This document shows positions 28,415 to 39,707 of a DNA stretch of 61,854 bases, in pieces. This DNA is from a virus (taxonomy: Duplodnaviria > Caudoviricetes), in IMG/VR virus record IMGVR_UViG_3300031277_000002, positions 1 to 61,854 of that record; one strand, written 5' to 3'. Positions within the stretch are counted from its first letter, which is position 1, and every line of letters begins with the position of its first letter. Position numbers and translations under genes: made by a program. The notes beneath the pieces were generated by a model. The model was given only the letters and a program-made list of their open reading frames with translations, was not told the DNA's origin and ran no database searches.

Positions 28415-29311
28415 ATGACATTTAAAAATAATGGAAATGATTTTATTGATACGAAATACCCAACAAATAAAAATGCTATTATATATAATGGCTCCTGTTT
28501 AGATTTTGTCAAACAAATACCGGGCAAAGCAGTGAAATTAATAATAACATCGCCGCCTTATAATATTGGTAAAGAATATGAAAAAAAAGTAAATTTAGAT
28601 AATTATTATAATGAACAAGAAAAAATTATTGATGAGTGTGTGAGAATTCTTGATGATAATGGGAGTATTTGCTGGCAAACAGGGAATTATGTCAATAAAT
28701 CAGAAATTATTCCATTAGATATTTTATTATATCCAATATTTAAAAAAAACGAACTGAAATTACGTAATAGAGTAATATGGCATTTTGGACATGGTCTACA
28801 TTGTTCAAAAAGATTTTCAGGTCGATATGAAACAATCATGTGGTTTACAAAAAATGATGAATACACATTTAACTTAGATGCAGTAAGAGTTCCACAAAAA
28901 TATCCCAATAAAAAATATTTTAAAGGTCCAAATGCAGGAAAATTATCTTGTAATCCATTAGGGAAAAATCCTAGTGATGTATGGGAGATTCCAAATGTGA
29001 AAAATAATCATGTAGAAAAAACAATTCATCCCTGCCAATTTCCTGTTGAACTAGTAGAAAGATTTGTATTAGCATTAACAAATGAAGAAGACTGGATTTT
29101 TGATCCATATTTAGGAGTAGGAACCTCAATTATAGCGGCAGTTTTAAATAGCAGGAAAGGAATGGGTGCTGAAATAATGGAAGAATATATCAATATAGCT
29201 ATCAAAAGAGTTGACCTTGCTATAAATGGAAATTTAAAAACACGTCCCATTAATAAACCCGTTTATGATCCTCATGATCCAAAAAATAATCTTAATTTTG
29301 AAAAATGGTAA
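28415..29311 (+). CDS. Beta-class N4-cytosine-type DNA methyltransferase (M.BglII-like), orphan
   Basis: TSPPYN, HFGHGLHC..RFSGRYE, HPCQFP, DPYLGVGTS. Confidence 0.88.
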   Translation: MTFKNNGNDFIDTKYPTNKNAIIYNGSCLDFVKQIPGKAVKLIITSPPYNIGKEYEKKVNLDNYYNEQEKIIDECVRILDDNGSICWQTGNYVNKSEIIPLDILLYPIFKKNELKLRNRVIWHFGHGLHCSKRFSGRYETIMWFTKNDEYTFNLDAVRVPQKYPNKKYFKGPNAGKLSCNPLGKNPSDVWEIPNVKNNHVEKTIHPCQFPVELVERFVLALTNEEDWIFDPYLGVGTSIIAAVLNSRKGMGAEIMEEYINIAIKRVDLAINGNLKTRPINKPVYDPHDPKNNLNFEKW

Positions 29312-29349
29312 TATTATAAATTTAAGAAAAATTAAAAGGAGCATTATAG

Positions 29350-31694
29350 ATGATGACAAATTGTTTTTATTGCGGAAAAGAAATATTAAGCGAATGTGAT
29401 GAAGTTGTAATTGGAGCCGGAAAAAACAAAAAAGGAGAAACTGATTATTTGTTATATTGCGTTGACTGCACTGAAACGGTTAAAAAATTGAAAAAAGAAA
29501 ACGAACAATTAAAGCAACAAATTATCGATTTAAAAAAATGTTCTATTTGTATTCATGATGAAGGCTTTGATAATGAATGTGAACATTTTCAAAATAATAC
29601 TTGTGAAAATAAAGAAAAATGGGAGTTAGATGAATGAAAACAATAAAATATTTAGAATCAGAAAACGAAAAGCTTCTTGAAGCTTTAACTCAAACAACAA
29701 AAACAATTGAAAAAGTTTTAGGTGATAGTAAATCAATTGTTGATATGAGGCTTTATCAGCAATTTAATAAAAATTTAGTTTTAATTAAACAAATAAAGAA
29801 TGGAAAATAATTTATAATAAATAATTAAAGGAGCAAATAAATAATGAGTTACACAAAGAAACAAAAAAAATGGATTAAAAAACACGATGTAAGAGTCGGT
29901 GATTTTGTAATGCATGCAAGTAAAGGTATAGTAGAAATAAAAAAAATAAATGATTATATAATAGTAATTAATAATGAGTCTAAATTACCAAATTATCCAT
30001 ATTATCACGCTAATTATATGTTATGTAAAAAAGTCACAGACTTAAAAGAACTCGCTCCGTTTTATATAGAAATTGAAAACGGAGAACAATCCAGAAAAGC
30101 CCAAGAAATTTGTTTCAGTCATGGAATTGAAAAAGATGAATTTCATTCAGGAACACTTTTTATAAGAAATAGAAATTGTAAGATATATTGTTTACAGTTT
30201 AGCGGAACGTATTATAATTTCTATGAAAGAGAAGAATCAAGACAGTTAACATACGAACAATTACTAAGATTTGAAAAGAAACCAGAAGAAAAAGAACCAA
30301 AATATGGATTATATAATGAAAATGCTTTTAAAGATGTTATAAATATTGCAATGAATTCTACATATTTTACAGCCGATTGTTTAAAAAAAGAAACCTGTGG
30401 TGATTGGATACCAAATAAAGAAAATATTCAATTTTCTGAATTATTAAAAGAACAGGATAAAGTAAATAATGATTTATATAAAAATTGTAGAGTTCCTGTT
30501 ACTTATGGAGAATGGTTAAACAAAATAGGGAAAAGGGTTGAGGTATAAAGTGGAAAATATTATAGATAAGAAATGGAAAAATTTAATAATTTATAAATAA
30601 ATGTTTATTTTAGTAAATAAAGTCGTATATTTATATAAGGTATTCTTGTAAAAGAATAATAAATAAAACTTTGGAGTAATTATGAATAATATTAAATTAC
30701 AGAGAAGAAGAAAAAACGCATTAAATAGGCTTGAAAATCAGTTAGTATCAAACAAAAAGTCTACAAAAGCTGGGACGGTCCAGTTAACTGATCATGATAA
30801 AAAAAGAATCAAATCTGAAATTAAAATTCTAAAAGAAAAGTTAAATATAAGTTAGGTCGGAAAATTTTGAATAATAATAAAAAGTTTGTTTTATTTTATT
30901 TAATAATTTTTTTATTTGTTGGGGAATTGTTATGGCAAATTAACACGGCTTAATTGCCGTGTTTTTTTATTTATTAATAAAGGAGATTTAAATGAAAAAA
31001 ATAATTTTAGAAAAAATATTTAATAAGCTTAAAAGTTTAAATTATGAGTTTGTAAATAACGTTTCAATACCATACATAAAGGTTGCCGATTTACAAATAA
31101 GCGGATTTATTATAACAGAAAATGAATTAAAATATAATTATGATTTTATATTTCCTGTAAAGGCGCAAACAGGAAAAATATTAAAAATGACTTTAAATGA
31201 ATTGTTGATGTATCTTGAAAAATGGAGTGAAATAATATGAAAATAATAAATGACAACAATGAGGAAATAAAAATAGAAGATGTTGAAATATTAAAAGGTG
31301 AAAAAAATAATATGAATAAAAGAGATATAAATATATCAATTATATTATTAAAAGATTGCTACAGGAATTATCATTATTATCCGGTATCTCACATAATATC
31401 TTTTGAACGATATTATGAAGAAGAGTTAAAGATGTTGGAAAAACATACAGGTAAAACCAGAGAAGAAATATTAAGGGAGGTTGTTGGATGAATTTAGAAG
31501 AAATAAAAAAACGTATCAATGAAATAGAGGTTATAGGGGATGATTATACTGGAGATTCTCATAGAATGGAAGATGATTTATATAAAGATTTTATTATTTA
31601 TGTTTCTAAAAATAAAAAATATCCAGAATTGCAAAAAATGGCAAAAGAAATATTAAAAACAGAAAATATAAATTTTCCTAGATGGTATGAGTAA
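29350..31694 (+). CDS. Series of hypothetical proteins (29350-29637, 29844-30548, 30682-30855, 30992-31240, 31237-31491, 31488-31694)
   Basis: Co-directional ORFs with GGAG-type RBSs; 30682-30855 was read manually. Confidence 0.55.
30602..30631 (+). promoter_or_regulatory. Class A promoter
   Basis: TGTTTA-15-TCGTATATT. Confidence 0.75.
30942..30968 (+). terminator. Intrinsic terminator
   Basis: AACACGGC-ttaatt-GCCGTGTT followed by TTTTT. Confidence 0.8.
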
Positions 31695-31706
31695 TAAAGT
31701 AATAAA

Positions 31707-32555
31707 ATGAAGTGTCCTATATGCAGTAAACAAACAAAGAAATTTGTATTTGAAAAACCAAAGGAAAAGTTATTTCAGTGTAGTGATTGTAATTTTAACT
31801 TCCGTTTGACTTTTCAAAAGATTGAGATAAGCATATCAGGGAAAAAATACATTTTTGATTATTTAGAAAGAAATTATAACAAAAAAAAATTAAAAGAAAA
31901 ATTAAAAAAAATACAAGTATCTATAAACTCATTAAGAGTTTTATCAGGGAAAAATAAAATAAAATATAAACCAATTCTTAAAAAAAGATGTAGCGAATGT
32001 GGAAAGATAAAATTTATAAACAGGTTTTACAACGCTAGAAATAAAATAAAAAGACCTATTTGTAAAATATGCACCAGGAAAGAATATAAGAAAAAGTATT
32101 ATAAATATAATAATTTAATTAAAAACAAATACTATGGAATAAATAAAAAACAAGAAGAACAATTTGATGCACGGCTGTCATTTTCTTTAGAAGAATTTAA
32201 AAAATGGTTAGAAGAAAATAATTATAAAACGTTTTACAAAACTTCTTTGGTTAACATTAATGACAAAAGATATAAAATATGTATTTTAAGAAAAAATCTT
32301 AACAATAGATATTGTCTTGATAACATGGAAATTGTTTTTCAAAAAGATATTCCCAAAAAAATACATCTTGGTAAAATATCACAAAAAAAATTTCAAAAAT
32401 CAGTAATTCAAATGAAAGATGGGAAAATAGTCCAAATATGGGACTCAGCTTCAAAAGCTGCTAGGAGTGTTGAAAGGTTTAGACAGTCTGGTATAAATTT
32501 AGCATGCAATGGAAAAAGAAAAATTCATGCTGGATATGAATGGAAATATTTTTAG
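31707..32555 (+). CDS. Homing-endonuclease-like protein with Zn motifs and C-terminal NUMOD1
   Basis: Four CxxC pairs; C-terminal WDSASKAAR...INLACNGKRK.HAGYEWKY. Confidence 0.6.
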   Translation: MKCPICSKQTKKFVFEKPKEKLFQCSDCNFNFRLTFQKIEISISGKKYIFDYLERNYNKKKLKEKLKKIQVSINSLRVLSGKNKIKYKPILKKRCSECGKIKFINRFYNARNKIKRPICKICTRKEYKKKYYKYNNLIKNKYYGINKKQEEQFDARLSFSLEEFKKWLEENNYKTFYKTSLVNINDKRYKICILRKNLNNRYCLDNMEIVFQKDIPKKIHLGKISQKKFQKSVIQMKDGKIVQIWDSASKAARSVERFRQSGINLACNGKRKIHAGYEWKYF

Positions 32556-32584
32556 TTTATTAATAAGTAATAATGTCGTATATT
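32554..32584 (+). promoter_or_regulatory. Class A promoter
   Basis: AGTTTA-16-TCGTATATT; implies the next ORF starts at 32603 (AAGGAG RBS). Confidence 0.65.
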
Positions 32585-32602
32585 TATTTAAAGGAGTTAA
32601 AA

Positions 32603-33019
32603 ATGACAGTAACAAGATTAGCAGTAGAATTAGTAATAGAAATACACAATAAATATTTAAAAGTATTTTCAAAAATAAAAGAATATTTAGAAAATAACAG
32701 TTTTGGTGAATTTTATTTTGACGTTTGTTATGATCAAATATATTTACAAACTGATTTTAGTAAATATTATAATTATAATGACGATTCGCATTATGAAATA
32801 TTACCATTCTCCATGCTTTATGGATTGTTGGAAGATTTTTTTTACAAAAAAGAAATTGAAATAACATACCATTATTCTATTCAAAGAAATAAATATAAAT
32901 ATTTTATATATTCAAAAAAAGAAAATAAAGAATATTATGATATTGTTTGGTATAAAAGAAATGAAGCAAAATATCAGGCGATTTTAAAGGCTTGTGAAAT
33001 ATTGGAAGGAAGATTATGA
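32603..33019 (+). CDS. Hypothetical protein
   Basis: AAGGAG RBS. Confidence 0.55.
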   Translation: MTVTRLAVELVIEIHNKYLKVFSKIKEYLENNSFGEFYFDVCYDQIYLQTDFSKYYNYNDDSHYEILPFSMLYGLLEDFFYKKEIEITYHYSIQRNKYKYFIYSKKENKEYYDIVWYKRNEAKYQAILKACEILEGRL

Positions 33020-33855
33020 AACAAGACAAATTGGATGTATTAGAAAAAGCATTTATTTGCAGTGATGTATATGAAAATTCTATTGATGAGTATTTAGAGT
33101 CAATAGAAGAAAAAAAATATATTATTCATCATTCAGAATTATATATTTTTAACAACATAACGTTTGGTGGTATGGGGTCTTATATATTAAAATTACCATA
33201 TAATTATATTAAGGAAAAATGGAATTTAAATAAAAATTATTTTATCAACGAAGACAATGGATTTTATTCTGCTTTGTATTTCAATAATAGAACAAAAAAA
33301 TACATTATTGCTTTTAGAGGAACTGAGGGAAAGAAAAGGCTAAACGGAAAAATAAATGAAGAAGCTGTTAAGGATTGGAATAAAGGAAATATTCCCCAGA
33401 TATTTGGATTAACGTCTAGTCAATATTTAAGTGCTTTAAGTTTGGTAACAGAAATGGAAAAAAGAAATATTGATTTTGAAATGACCGGGCACTCACTCGG
33501 AGGAGGGTTAGCGGCAGCAGCTACAATGTTAACAAAAACAAAAGGAACAATTACGTTTAATTCTGCAGGACTCCACAAAAATACAGTAAATAAATATTTA
33601 AACAAAAAACTAAATTATAAAAAAGGTAAAAAGTTAATTACTAATTATTTTGTCCAGGGGGAGGCAGTAACAATGGCTCAAAGGTTTGGTAAATTATTTT
33701 TAACAATTTTGGCTCCTATTTTTGGGCCATTGGCTTATTTTATCTTGCCGAACGCTATAGGAAGGTTTGTTAAAATAAAATGTTATAATAAAAAGAAAAC
33801 ACCTATCCAGAGGCATCAAATGTCCCAGGTAATAGAAAATTTAATAATTAGTTAA
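33016..33855 (+). CDS. Alpha/beta-hydrolase (lipase class 3/DUF2974-like)
   Basis: IAFRGTE, TGHSLGGGLA, TFNSAG, C-terminal His. Confidence 0.85.
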   Translation: MKQDKLDVLEKAFICSDVYENSIDEYLESIEEKKYIIHHSELYIFNNITFGGMGSYILKLPYNYIKEKWNLNKNYFINEDNGFYSALYFNNRTKKYIIAFRGTEGKKRLNGKINEEAVKDWNKGNIPQIFGLTSSQYLSALSLVTEMEKRNIDFEMTGHSLGGGLAAAATMLTKTKGTITFNSAGLHKNTVNKYLNKKLNYKKGKKLITNYFVQGEAVTMAQRFGKLFLTILAPIFGPLAYFILPNAIGRFVKIKCYNKKKTPIQRHQMSQVIENLIIS

Positions 33856-34013
33856 GGAATAAATAATGTTAAGTAAAATTAAAACATCTATTGGATTATA
33901 CAAAAAAGATATTAAACGTTTTAAAAACGGATCAGAAAAAGAAAAGAAAGATATTTTAAAACAAAGGTTTAGAACGAACTTTGTTGGATAATTATAATAA
34001 AGGAGTAAAATAA

Positions 34014-35078
34014 ATGACTAGTAAAGAAAAAATAAAAGAATTAAAAAATAGTATTATAAATGCTGAAGAAAATATTAAACAAGCAAAAGAACAGATTGAG
34101 CAATTAAAAAAAGAAAATGATTTTGAATTTCCTAAATATTTAAAAAGTTATGAAGAATGGATAAAAATGATTAATGATACGGGTAGATATTTACCTTGGC
34201 GTTTATATGGTATTTTAAAATTTAAAAAACAATATGCATCATTAAAGATTCAATATATTGCTGATAAACTTAATGGTGATTGGAAAGTTGATTTTAATGA
34301 CTATGATCAAGAAGTATGGTCTATCTATTATGATATAGAGATTAAAAAATATCAATTTTATTCAACGTGGAATAAATTTATAGGTGAAATATATTTCAAA
34401 TCTGAAGAATTAGCTAAAAAAGTATTAGAAATAATGGGCCAAGAAATGGAATATTTGAAAGGATAGTATATGAAAAAACAAAGAAAAGCACATTGGATTG
34501 AGATTAGTTTAAAACATACTGATTATTATTGGGAAAAAAGAATAGCTGTTGATTTAGAGTGTAATCCAATTTTATGTGTTCATCCAGACTATGAAAAAGA
34601 ATATTTAAATTGGGAAAGTTATTGTACTATAAGGTGGCACCACCAATGGCGTGAAATAAAAGAACCAGAATATGTTCCATATGAAACAATGGAGGAGTGT
34701 TTTGAAGACCTTAAAGATGTTTGGGTTAGGTATAAAAACACACCTGGCTCCGTGAATAAAATAATCCAGTTTCATTCTTTAACCAATACGTGTAAACTTA
34801 ATGATTGGAATTATGGTATGGTAAGTTTATTTCACAATTTTGAAAAATTAGATGGCACACCGTGCGGAAAATTAAAGGAATAAGAGGTATAAAAAATGCA
34901 TACAGTTGAAAAAAATATTATAAAAAATTGTCAAAAAGATTTAAAAGAAATTCAAAATGTTTTAGATTATTTTCCAGAAAATTTAACAAAAGAGCAAAAA
35001 ACAAGTATGGCTTATGATTTAATAAAAGTTTGTGAAAATATAATGTATTTGTGTAAATTATTAAGAAAAGAATTATAA
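34014..35078 (+). CDS. Three hypothetical proteins (34014-34466, 34470-34883, 34896-35078)
   Basis: Packed ORFs with RBSs. Confidence 0.55.
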
Positions 35079-35088
35079 AGGTTTTAAA

Positions 35089-35583
35089 GTGAAAATAACA
35101 AGTGATTTATTAAAATGTGCGGTAATGTCTTATTATAGATTTAATAGAGGTTATATTTCCGCTGAAGAGGTTTTTATTGATTACGGAAGAGCTGATGTTT
35201 TGGTTGATACCGGGAAATCTATTAATGAAATAGAGATAAAAATATCAAAACATGATTTAATGGTAAAAGAATTAGAAAAGCTGAAACATAAATATGAACT
35301 TAAAAGAAAAATAAATAAATTTTATATTTGCGTTCCAGATTATTTAAAAGATTGTGCAACTGAATTTATACAAAAAGTAAATAATAAATACGGATTGATT
35401 ATTTTTAATGTAGATATTTTTGAAAAAAGTAAAACATACTGGAGAATAAAGGAAAGTTTGGAAATAGTAAAAAGAGCAAAAAATTTAAATGACAAGTATA
35501 ATGAAAAATATAAAGAAGATATAGTAAAAAGATTATCATCAAAAGTAATTAATGATTTACAAACTAAAATACTGGGGCTATAA
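35089..35583 (+). CDS. PD-(D/E)xK nuclease-like protein (MmcB-like)
   Basis: E...GRADV...EIEIKISK.D, FYICVP, YGLI. Confidence 0.65.
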   Translation: MKITSDLLKCAVMSYYRFNRGYISAEEVFIDYGRADVLVDTGKSINEIEIKISKHDLMVKELEKLKHKYELKRKINKFYICVPDYLKDCATEFIQKVNNKYGLIIFNVDIFEKSKTYWRIKESLEIVKRAKNLNDKYNEKYKEDIVKRLSSKVINDLQTKILGL

Positions 35584-35600
35584 ATGATTAAATCAAATTA

Positions 35601-35631
35601 TGTTTAATTTAGTTTAATAACGTCGTATATT
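35601..35631 (+). promoter_or_regulatory. Class A promoter
   Basis: TGTTTA-16-TCGTATATT. Confidence 0.75.
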
Positions 35632-35653
35632 TAAACAAATACGGAGGTAAAAT

Positions 35654-35905
35654 ATGAAACTAAATGTTCCACTAGATTTGTATAAAGGTCAAATTATATT
35701 CTATATTCAAAATGAAGATGTATTTGAAGTAATGAATGAAACAAAGTGTAATAATTCTGGCAATATAATACCAAAAGGAAAATTTTTAACAATAAAAAAA
35801 GCAAATCAGGATTTCGTTGGCGCTAATGTTATATTAACTGATAGTTATAACAAAGAATATAGATTAACTGATTGTAATTTCATAAACTTGAGGAAAGTTG
35901 TATGA
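35654..35905 (+). CDS. Hypothetical protein
   Basis: GGAGG RBS. Confidence 0.6.
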   Translation: MKLNVPLDLYKGQIIFYIQNEDVFEVMNETKCNNSGNIIPKGKFLTIKKANQDFVGANVILTDSYNKEYRLTDCNFINLRKVV

Positions 35906-36555
35906 GTAATTTATTTATTACAGATTTTAATATAGTTAAATCGGCTGAGAATCTTGACAGGCAGAGACTTTTTTCATGTATATACGAAAACATACACGGA
36001 TTAGCTTCTATGTTAGGGTGTGTTGATGACCTTAAATTATCTGATGCGGCTAAAAAGAAGGCTTATAATTTAAAAAACAAGGTACAATTTAAGTTATGGG
36101 TTGATTATGAACAATTTTTGCTTTATTATATTGTTGTTTATTACTCTATTTGGCATAAAAAGTACTCAAAAAAAGAAAAATTTGAGGAAACGGTAAATTA
36201 TTACAATATTTTAAAAATTGTTGAAAAAATGGAAAATTTAGGAATAATAAGCGGGAAACGTGCGCATCGTGATGGATTTTTTATTTCAGATATAAGAAAG
36301 TATGTTTCCTGGATAACACATGATTTATTGAATACTCATAAATCAAATTTAATCAGAAAAGAGATTGAAAGAGAAAATAAACTAAAAAAAGATGCATTGA
36401 CAATTTCATGTATGTATTTAAACGGTAATTTTAATAAAGATATTTATAATAAAAAATGCAATAATCTAACTAAAAAACTTTCTTTTCACTACCGTGATAT
36501 ATGGCCTTGGTGTAATCCAGATATAAAAATGCATTTTAACTGGAGAGATAAATGA
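35902..36555 (+). CDS. Pyrimidine-dimer glycosylase (DenV)-like protein
   Basis: N-terminal F....SA..LD.QRL....E; HKSNLIRK; HYR. Confidence 0.5.
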   Translation: MSNLFITDFNIVKSAENLDRQRLFSCIYENIHGLASMLGCVDDLKLSDAAKKKAYNLKNKVQFKLWVDYEQFLLYYIVVYYSIWHKKYSKKEKFEETVNYYNILKIVEKMENLGIISGKRAHRDGFFISDIRKYVSWITHDLLNTHKSNLIRKEIERENKLKKDALTISCMYLNGNFNKDIYNKKCNNLTKKLSFHYRDIWPWCNPDIKMHFNWRDK

Positions 36556-36674
36556 GTTTATATAGAATAATAATGGCAATATTTGTTTCATTTTTAGTTT
36601 TATTATCTAAAATTATTTTATATTTATTGGTTAGTATTTTTTTCATATTTAAAATTACAAAAAGGGAAAAATAA

Positions 36675-37358
36675 ATGGAAAAAAAAGGAAAAGATTTTAC
36701 TTCAGCAAGTAAAGAGGATAATGTATATACTCCATATTCTATGGTTGCACAATTATTATTAAATGAAAAATTTGATTATAATAAAAGATTTTTAGAGCCG
36801 TGTTGTGGAAAAAATATTCACCCTGTAGTTGATGTTTTAACAAAACAAAAAAGTAATATTGATATTGATTATTTTGATATTAACTTTGTTGGAGAAAAGT
36901 GTAAAAAAATAGATTTTTTAAAAACAAAAATGTTTGGAAATATAGATTATATAATAACAAATCCTCCTTATTCAAAATTAGATAAATTTATAACAAATGC
37001 AAAGGAAGTGGCAAAAGAAAAATTTGCATTCCTTTGTAAACTAACTCATTTAGGCGGGGTTAATAGATTTAGAGTTGAAACATTTACGGATGAAAATTAT
37101 CCATTAACAAAAATATATTTATTTACCAGGCAAGCTAACATTAAATTCACAAATGATGAGCAAGAAAGACGCGGATATATGCCATATATAAAATTAAGAA
37201 AAGATGGGAAATACCCCGCAGGTATGTATTATTTTGTTTGGTTAATTTTTGAAAAAAATAATACAAATAAACACTTATTAGATGGCCCAATATTTAATTG
37301 GATTAATAATGATGATTATATTTTAAGGAAAGATAAAAGTGGCAAAAAGAAAAAGTAA
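36675..37358 (+). CDS. Gamma-class N6-adenine DNA methyltransferase, orphan
   Basis: YTP, LEPCCG, DFL, IITNPPY. Confidence 0.8.
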   Translation: MEKKGKDFTSASKEDNVYTPYSMVAQLLLNEKFDYNKRFLEPCCGKNIHPVVDVLTKQKSNIDIDYFDINFVGEKCKKIDFLKTKMFGNIDYIITNPPYSKLDKFITNAKEVAKEKFAFLCKLTHLGGVNRFRVETFTDENYPLTKIYLFTRQANIKFTNDEQERRGYMPYIKLRKDGKYPAGMYYFVWLIFEKNNTNKHLLDGPIFNWINNDDYILRKDKSGKKKK

Positions 37359-37717
37359 TCAAAAAAAAGAATTAACAATGCCAACATTCATAAAAAAAGG
37401 AGATAAAATTAAATGTCCTTATAAAACTTGTGATGCTGGGGAGGGGTTAACTCTTAGACAGGTTTGTTACCTCGGAGGAAATACTAAAAATAAAGAATGT
37501 AAAAATAAAATAAAGAATGTAAAAATAAAGAAAAGAAATGGAAAATAAGATTATGAGAAAGAGCCACTTTCTTATTTCTGTACCGTGTTGTGAAAATTGT
37601 ATAAATTCAAAAGAGTATGTAAGAAACAAAATAAAGTGTGAAATGAAAAAATATAAAATCTTAGATAAATGTTTCTATTGTAAGAATCATAAATTTAAAT
37701 ATTAAAATGGAGTAAAA

Positions 37718-38308
37718 ATGGGGAAAGTATTAATTGCTTGTGAAGAGTCTCAAGCAGTAACAATTGAAATGAGAAAAATAGGAATAGATGCTTATTCGTG
37801 CGATATATTACCCTGCAGTGGTGGACATCCAGAATGGCATATTCAGCAAAATGTGATTAAATTATTAAAAGAAAAGTGGGATATGGTTATTGCCTTTCCT
37901 CCATGTACTGATCTTGCAGTTTCGGGAGCTAGATGGTTTGTGGAAAAAAGAGCAGACGGAAGACAACAAAAATCAATTGATTTTTTTCTAAAATTTACAA
38001 ACCTTACTTGTAAATGGGCTATAGAAAATCCGATCGGTATAATGTCTAATAATTATAGAAAACCAGATCAAATAATCCAACCTTGGCAGTTTGGGCATGG
38101 AGAAACAAAAGCTACGTGCTTGTGGCTAAACGGATTGCCGCTATTACAACCAACAAAAATAGTGTCTGGAAGAGAACAGCGGATCTGGAAAATGCCTCCG
38201 GGACAAGAAAGGTCAAAATTAAGATCAAAAACATACCGGGGGATTGCGGAAGCAATGGCGGTTCAGTGGGGAAAATTAATATTAGAAAATGGAGTAAAAA
38301 ATGGTTAA
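37718..38308 (+). CDS. Phage C5-cytosine methyltransferase-like protein
   Basis: LIACEES, AFPPCT, IENP, QPWQFGH, KATCLWL, RSKTY. Confidence 0.78.
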   Translation: MGKVLIACEESQAVTIEMRKIGIDAYSCDILPCSGGHPEWHIQQNVIKLLKEKWDMVIAFPPCTDLAVSGARWFVEKRADGRQQKSIDFFLKFTNLTCKWAIENPIGIMSNNYRKPDQIIQPWQFGHGETKATCLWLNGLPLLQPTKIVSGREQRIWKMPPGQERSKLRSKTYRGIAEAMAVQWGKLILENGVKNG

Positions 38309-38484
38309 CAAAAGAACTGAAGAGTTATATAATAATATTTTAAAAGCATATCCAGGAGGAATTTCAAAAATAGATGAGAATGAAATATTAGATAGATATC
38401 TTCCTGATTATTTTGAGCACGAAATAAGAACAGCTTTGTTTAAAGCAAAAGAAGATTTGTGTGATTTTGATTTATTAAAATAAT

Positions 38485-38514
38485 TGTTTATTTTTAAATA
38501 AAAGATCGTATATT
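38485..38514 (+). promoter_or_regulatory. Class A promoter
   Basis: TGTTTA-15-TCGTATATT. Confidence 0.75.
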
Positions 38515-38532
38515 TTTTATTTAGGAGTGTAA

Positions 38533-38859
38533 ATGAAAAAAACTTATAAAGCTGACCTTATAAACAAAATAGTTTTTGAATATGATTTTGTAGAAGAAAC
38601 TAAAAATATAATAACTTATATTAAAGATAAAACCCCTTTTATGAAATTTATATGTACTGAAGAAAAAAGACATCCGACATATTGTCATTTTGATAACTAT
38701 GAGGATGCTATTCAATGTTTAATTGATAATGAGAAATTAAACATAACTTTTTATAAAGAAAGATTAAAAAGCGCAAAAATTAACCTTGATAAAATTTATG
38801 AAAATAAAAGAAATTATTTAAAAAAGAAAGGGGAAATTAATGATACAAAAACTTCCTGA
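38533..38859 (+). CDS. Hypothetical protein
   Basis: AGGAG RBS. Confidence 0.55.
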   Translation: MKKTYKADLINKIVFEYDFVEETKNIITYIKDKTPFMKFICTEEKRHPTYCHFDNYEDAIQCLIDNEKLNITFYKERLKSAKINLDKIYENKRNYLKKKGEINDTKTS

Positions 38860-39346
38860 TTTTACTTATGTTACTTATGAAGATTTATGTAACAAAATAA
38901 ACGAAATAATCGAAAGAGATAACCTGTTAGTAAAGGTAAAGTTGGAAAAAGACGCAATTCTTCCAGAAAGAAAATCAGAAGGGGCAGTTGGTTATGATAT
39001 TTGCAGCAATGAAGACGTTTGGATCAGCCCAGGAAATTGTTGGCCTATAAAAACAGGAGTTTATTTAGGGCTTCCTGAAGGTTATGAGTGTCAAATAAGA
39101 CCAAGAAGCGGGCTATCACTTAAAAAAATAACAGTAAACAATTCTCCAGGGAGTATAGATTGTGATTTTAGAGGAGAATTGAAAGTTATTTTGATAAATC
39201 ACTCACTAGAAAACTTTCATGTAGAAAAAGGAATGAGAATTGCCCAACTAGTATTTAGTAGAGTATTGAACACTGTTTTAATAAAAGTAAAAAAACTTAA
39301 CAAAACAAAAAGAGGGAATAAAGGATTTGGGAGTACGGGATTATGA
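38840..39346 (+). CDS. dut: Trimeric dUTPase
   Basis: GYDI, RPRSGL, PGSIDCDFRGE, RIAQLV, RGNKGFGSTG. Confidence 0.95.
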   Translation: MIQKLPDFTYVTYEDLCNKINEIIERDNLLVKVKLEKDAILPERKSEGAVGYDICSNEDVWISPGNCWPIKTGVYLGLPEGYECQIRPRSGLSLKKITVNNSPGSIDCDFRGELKVILINHSLENFHVEKGMRIAQLVFSRVLNTVLIKVKKLNKTKRGNKGFGSTGL

Positions 39347-39624
39347 AAATAAAATATTTAAACGAAAACGGAACAATTGGAACAAAATGTCCTCATGGAG
39401 TTAAAGTTTCAAAAGTTTTGCCTGTTACTGTATATACTGGAAGTACTCATTGCATTAAAAAATGTAATAAATTTCAAAAAATTGAAAATGGATATGTATT
39501 TTGTAAAGATAATAAAAAAGTAAATAATAATAACGAAGAACAAAAGTATGAAAAAATTTTTAATAACAAAGAAAGTAAAGTAATAACAGATAGTGACATT
39601 GTTTTTTTAACAGATAATTTTTAA
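39343..39624 (+). CDS. Cys-rich hypothetical protein
   Basis: CP...C..C...C. Confidence 0.5.
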   Translation: MKIKYLNENGTIGTKCPHGVKVSKVLPVTVYTGSTHCIKKCNKFQKIENGYVFCKDNKKVNNNNEEQKYEKIFNNKESKVITDSDIVFLTDNF

Positions 39625-39638
39625 TTTTTTTAAAAAAG

Positions 39639-39668
39639 TGTTTATTTTTTTAAAAACCGTCGTATATT
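39639..39668 (+). promoter_or_regulatory. Class A promoter heading the non-coding island
   Basis: TGTTTA-15-TCGTATATT, followed by boxA-like GCTTTTTGACAT (39687-39698). Confidence 0.7.
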
Positions 39669-39707
39669 TAAAGTGTAAGTTAAAAAGCTTTTTGACATAT
39701 TTAAACC

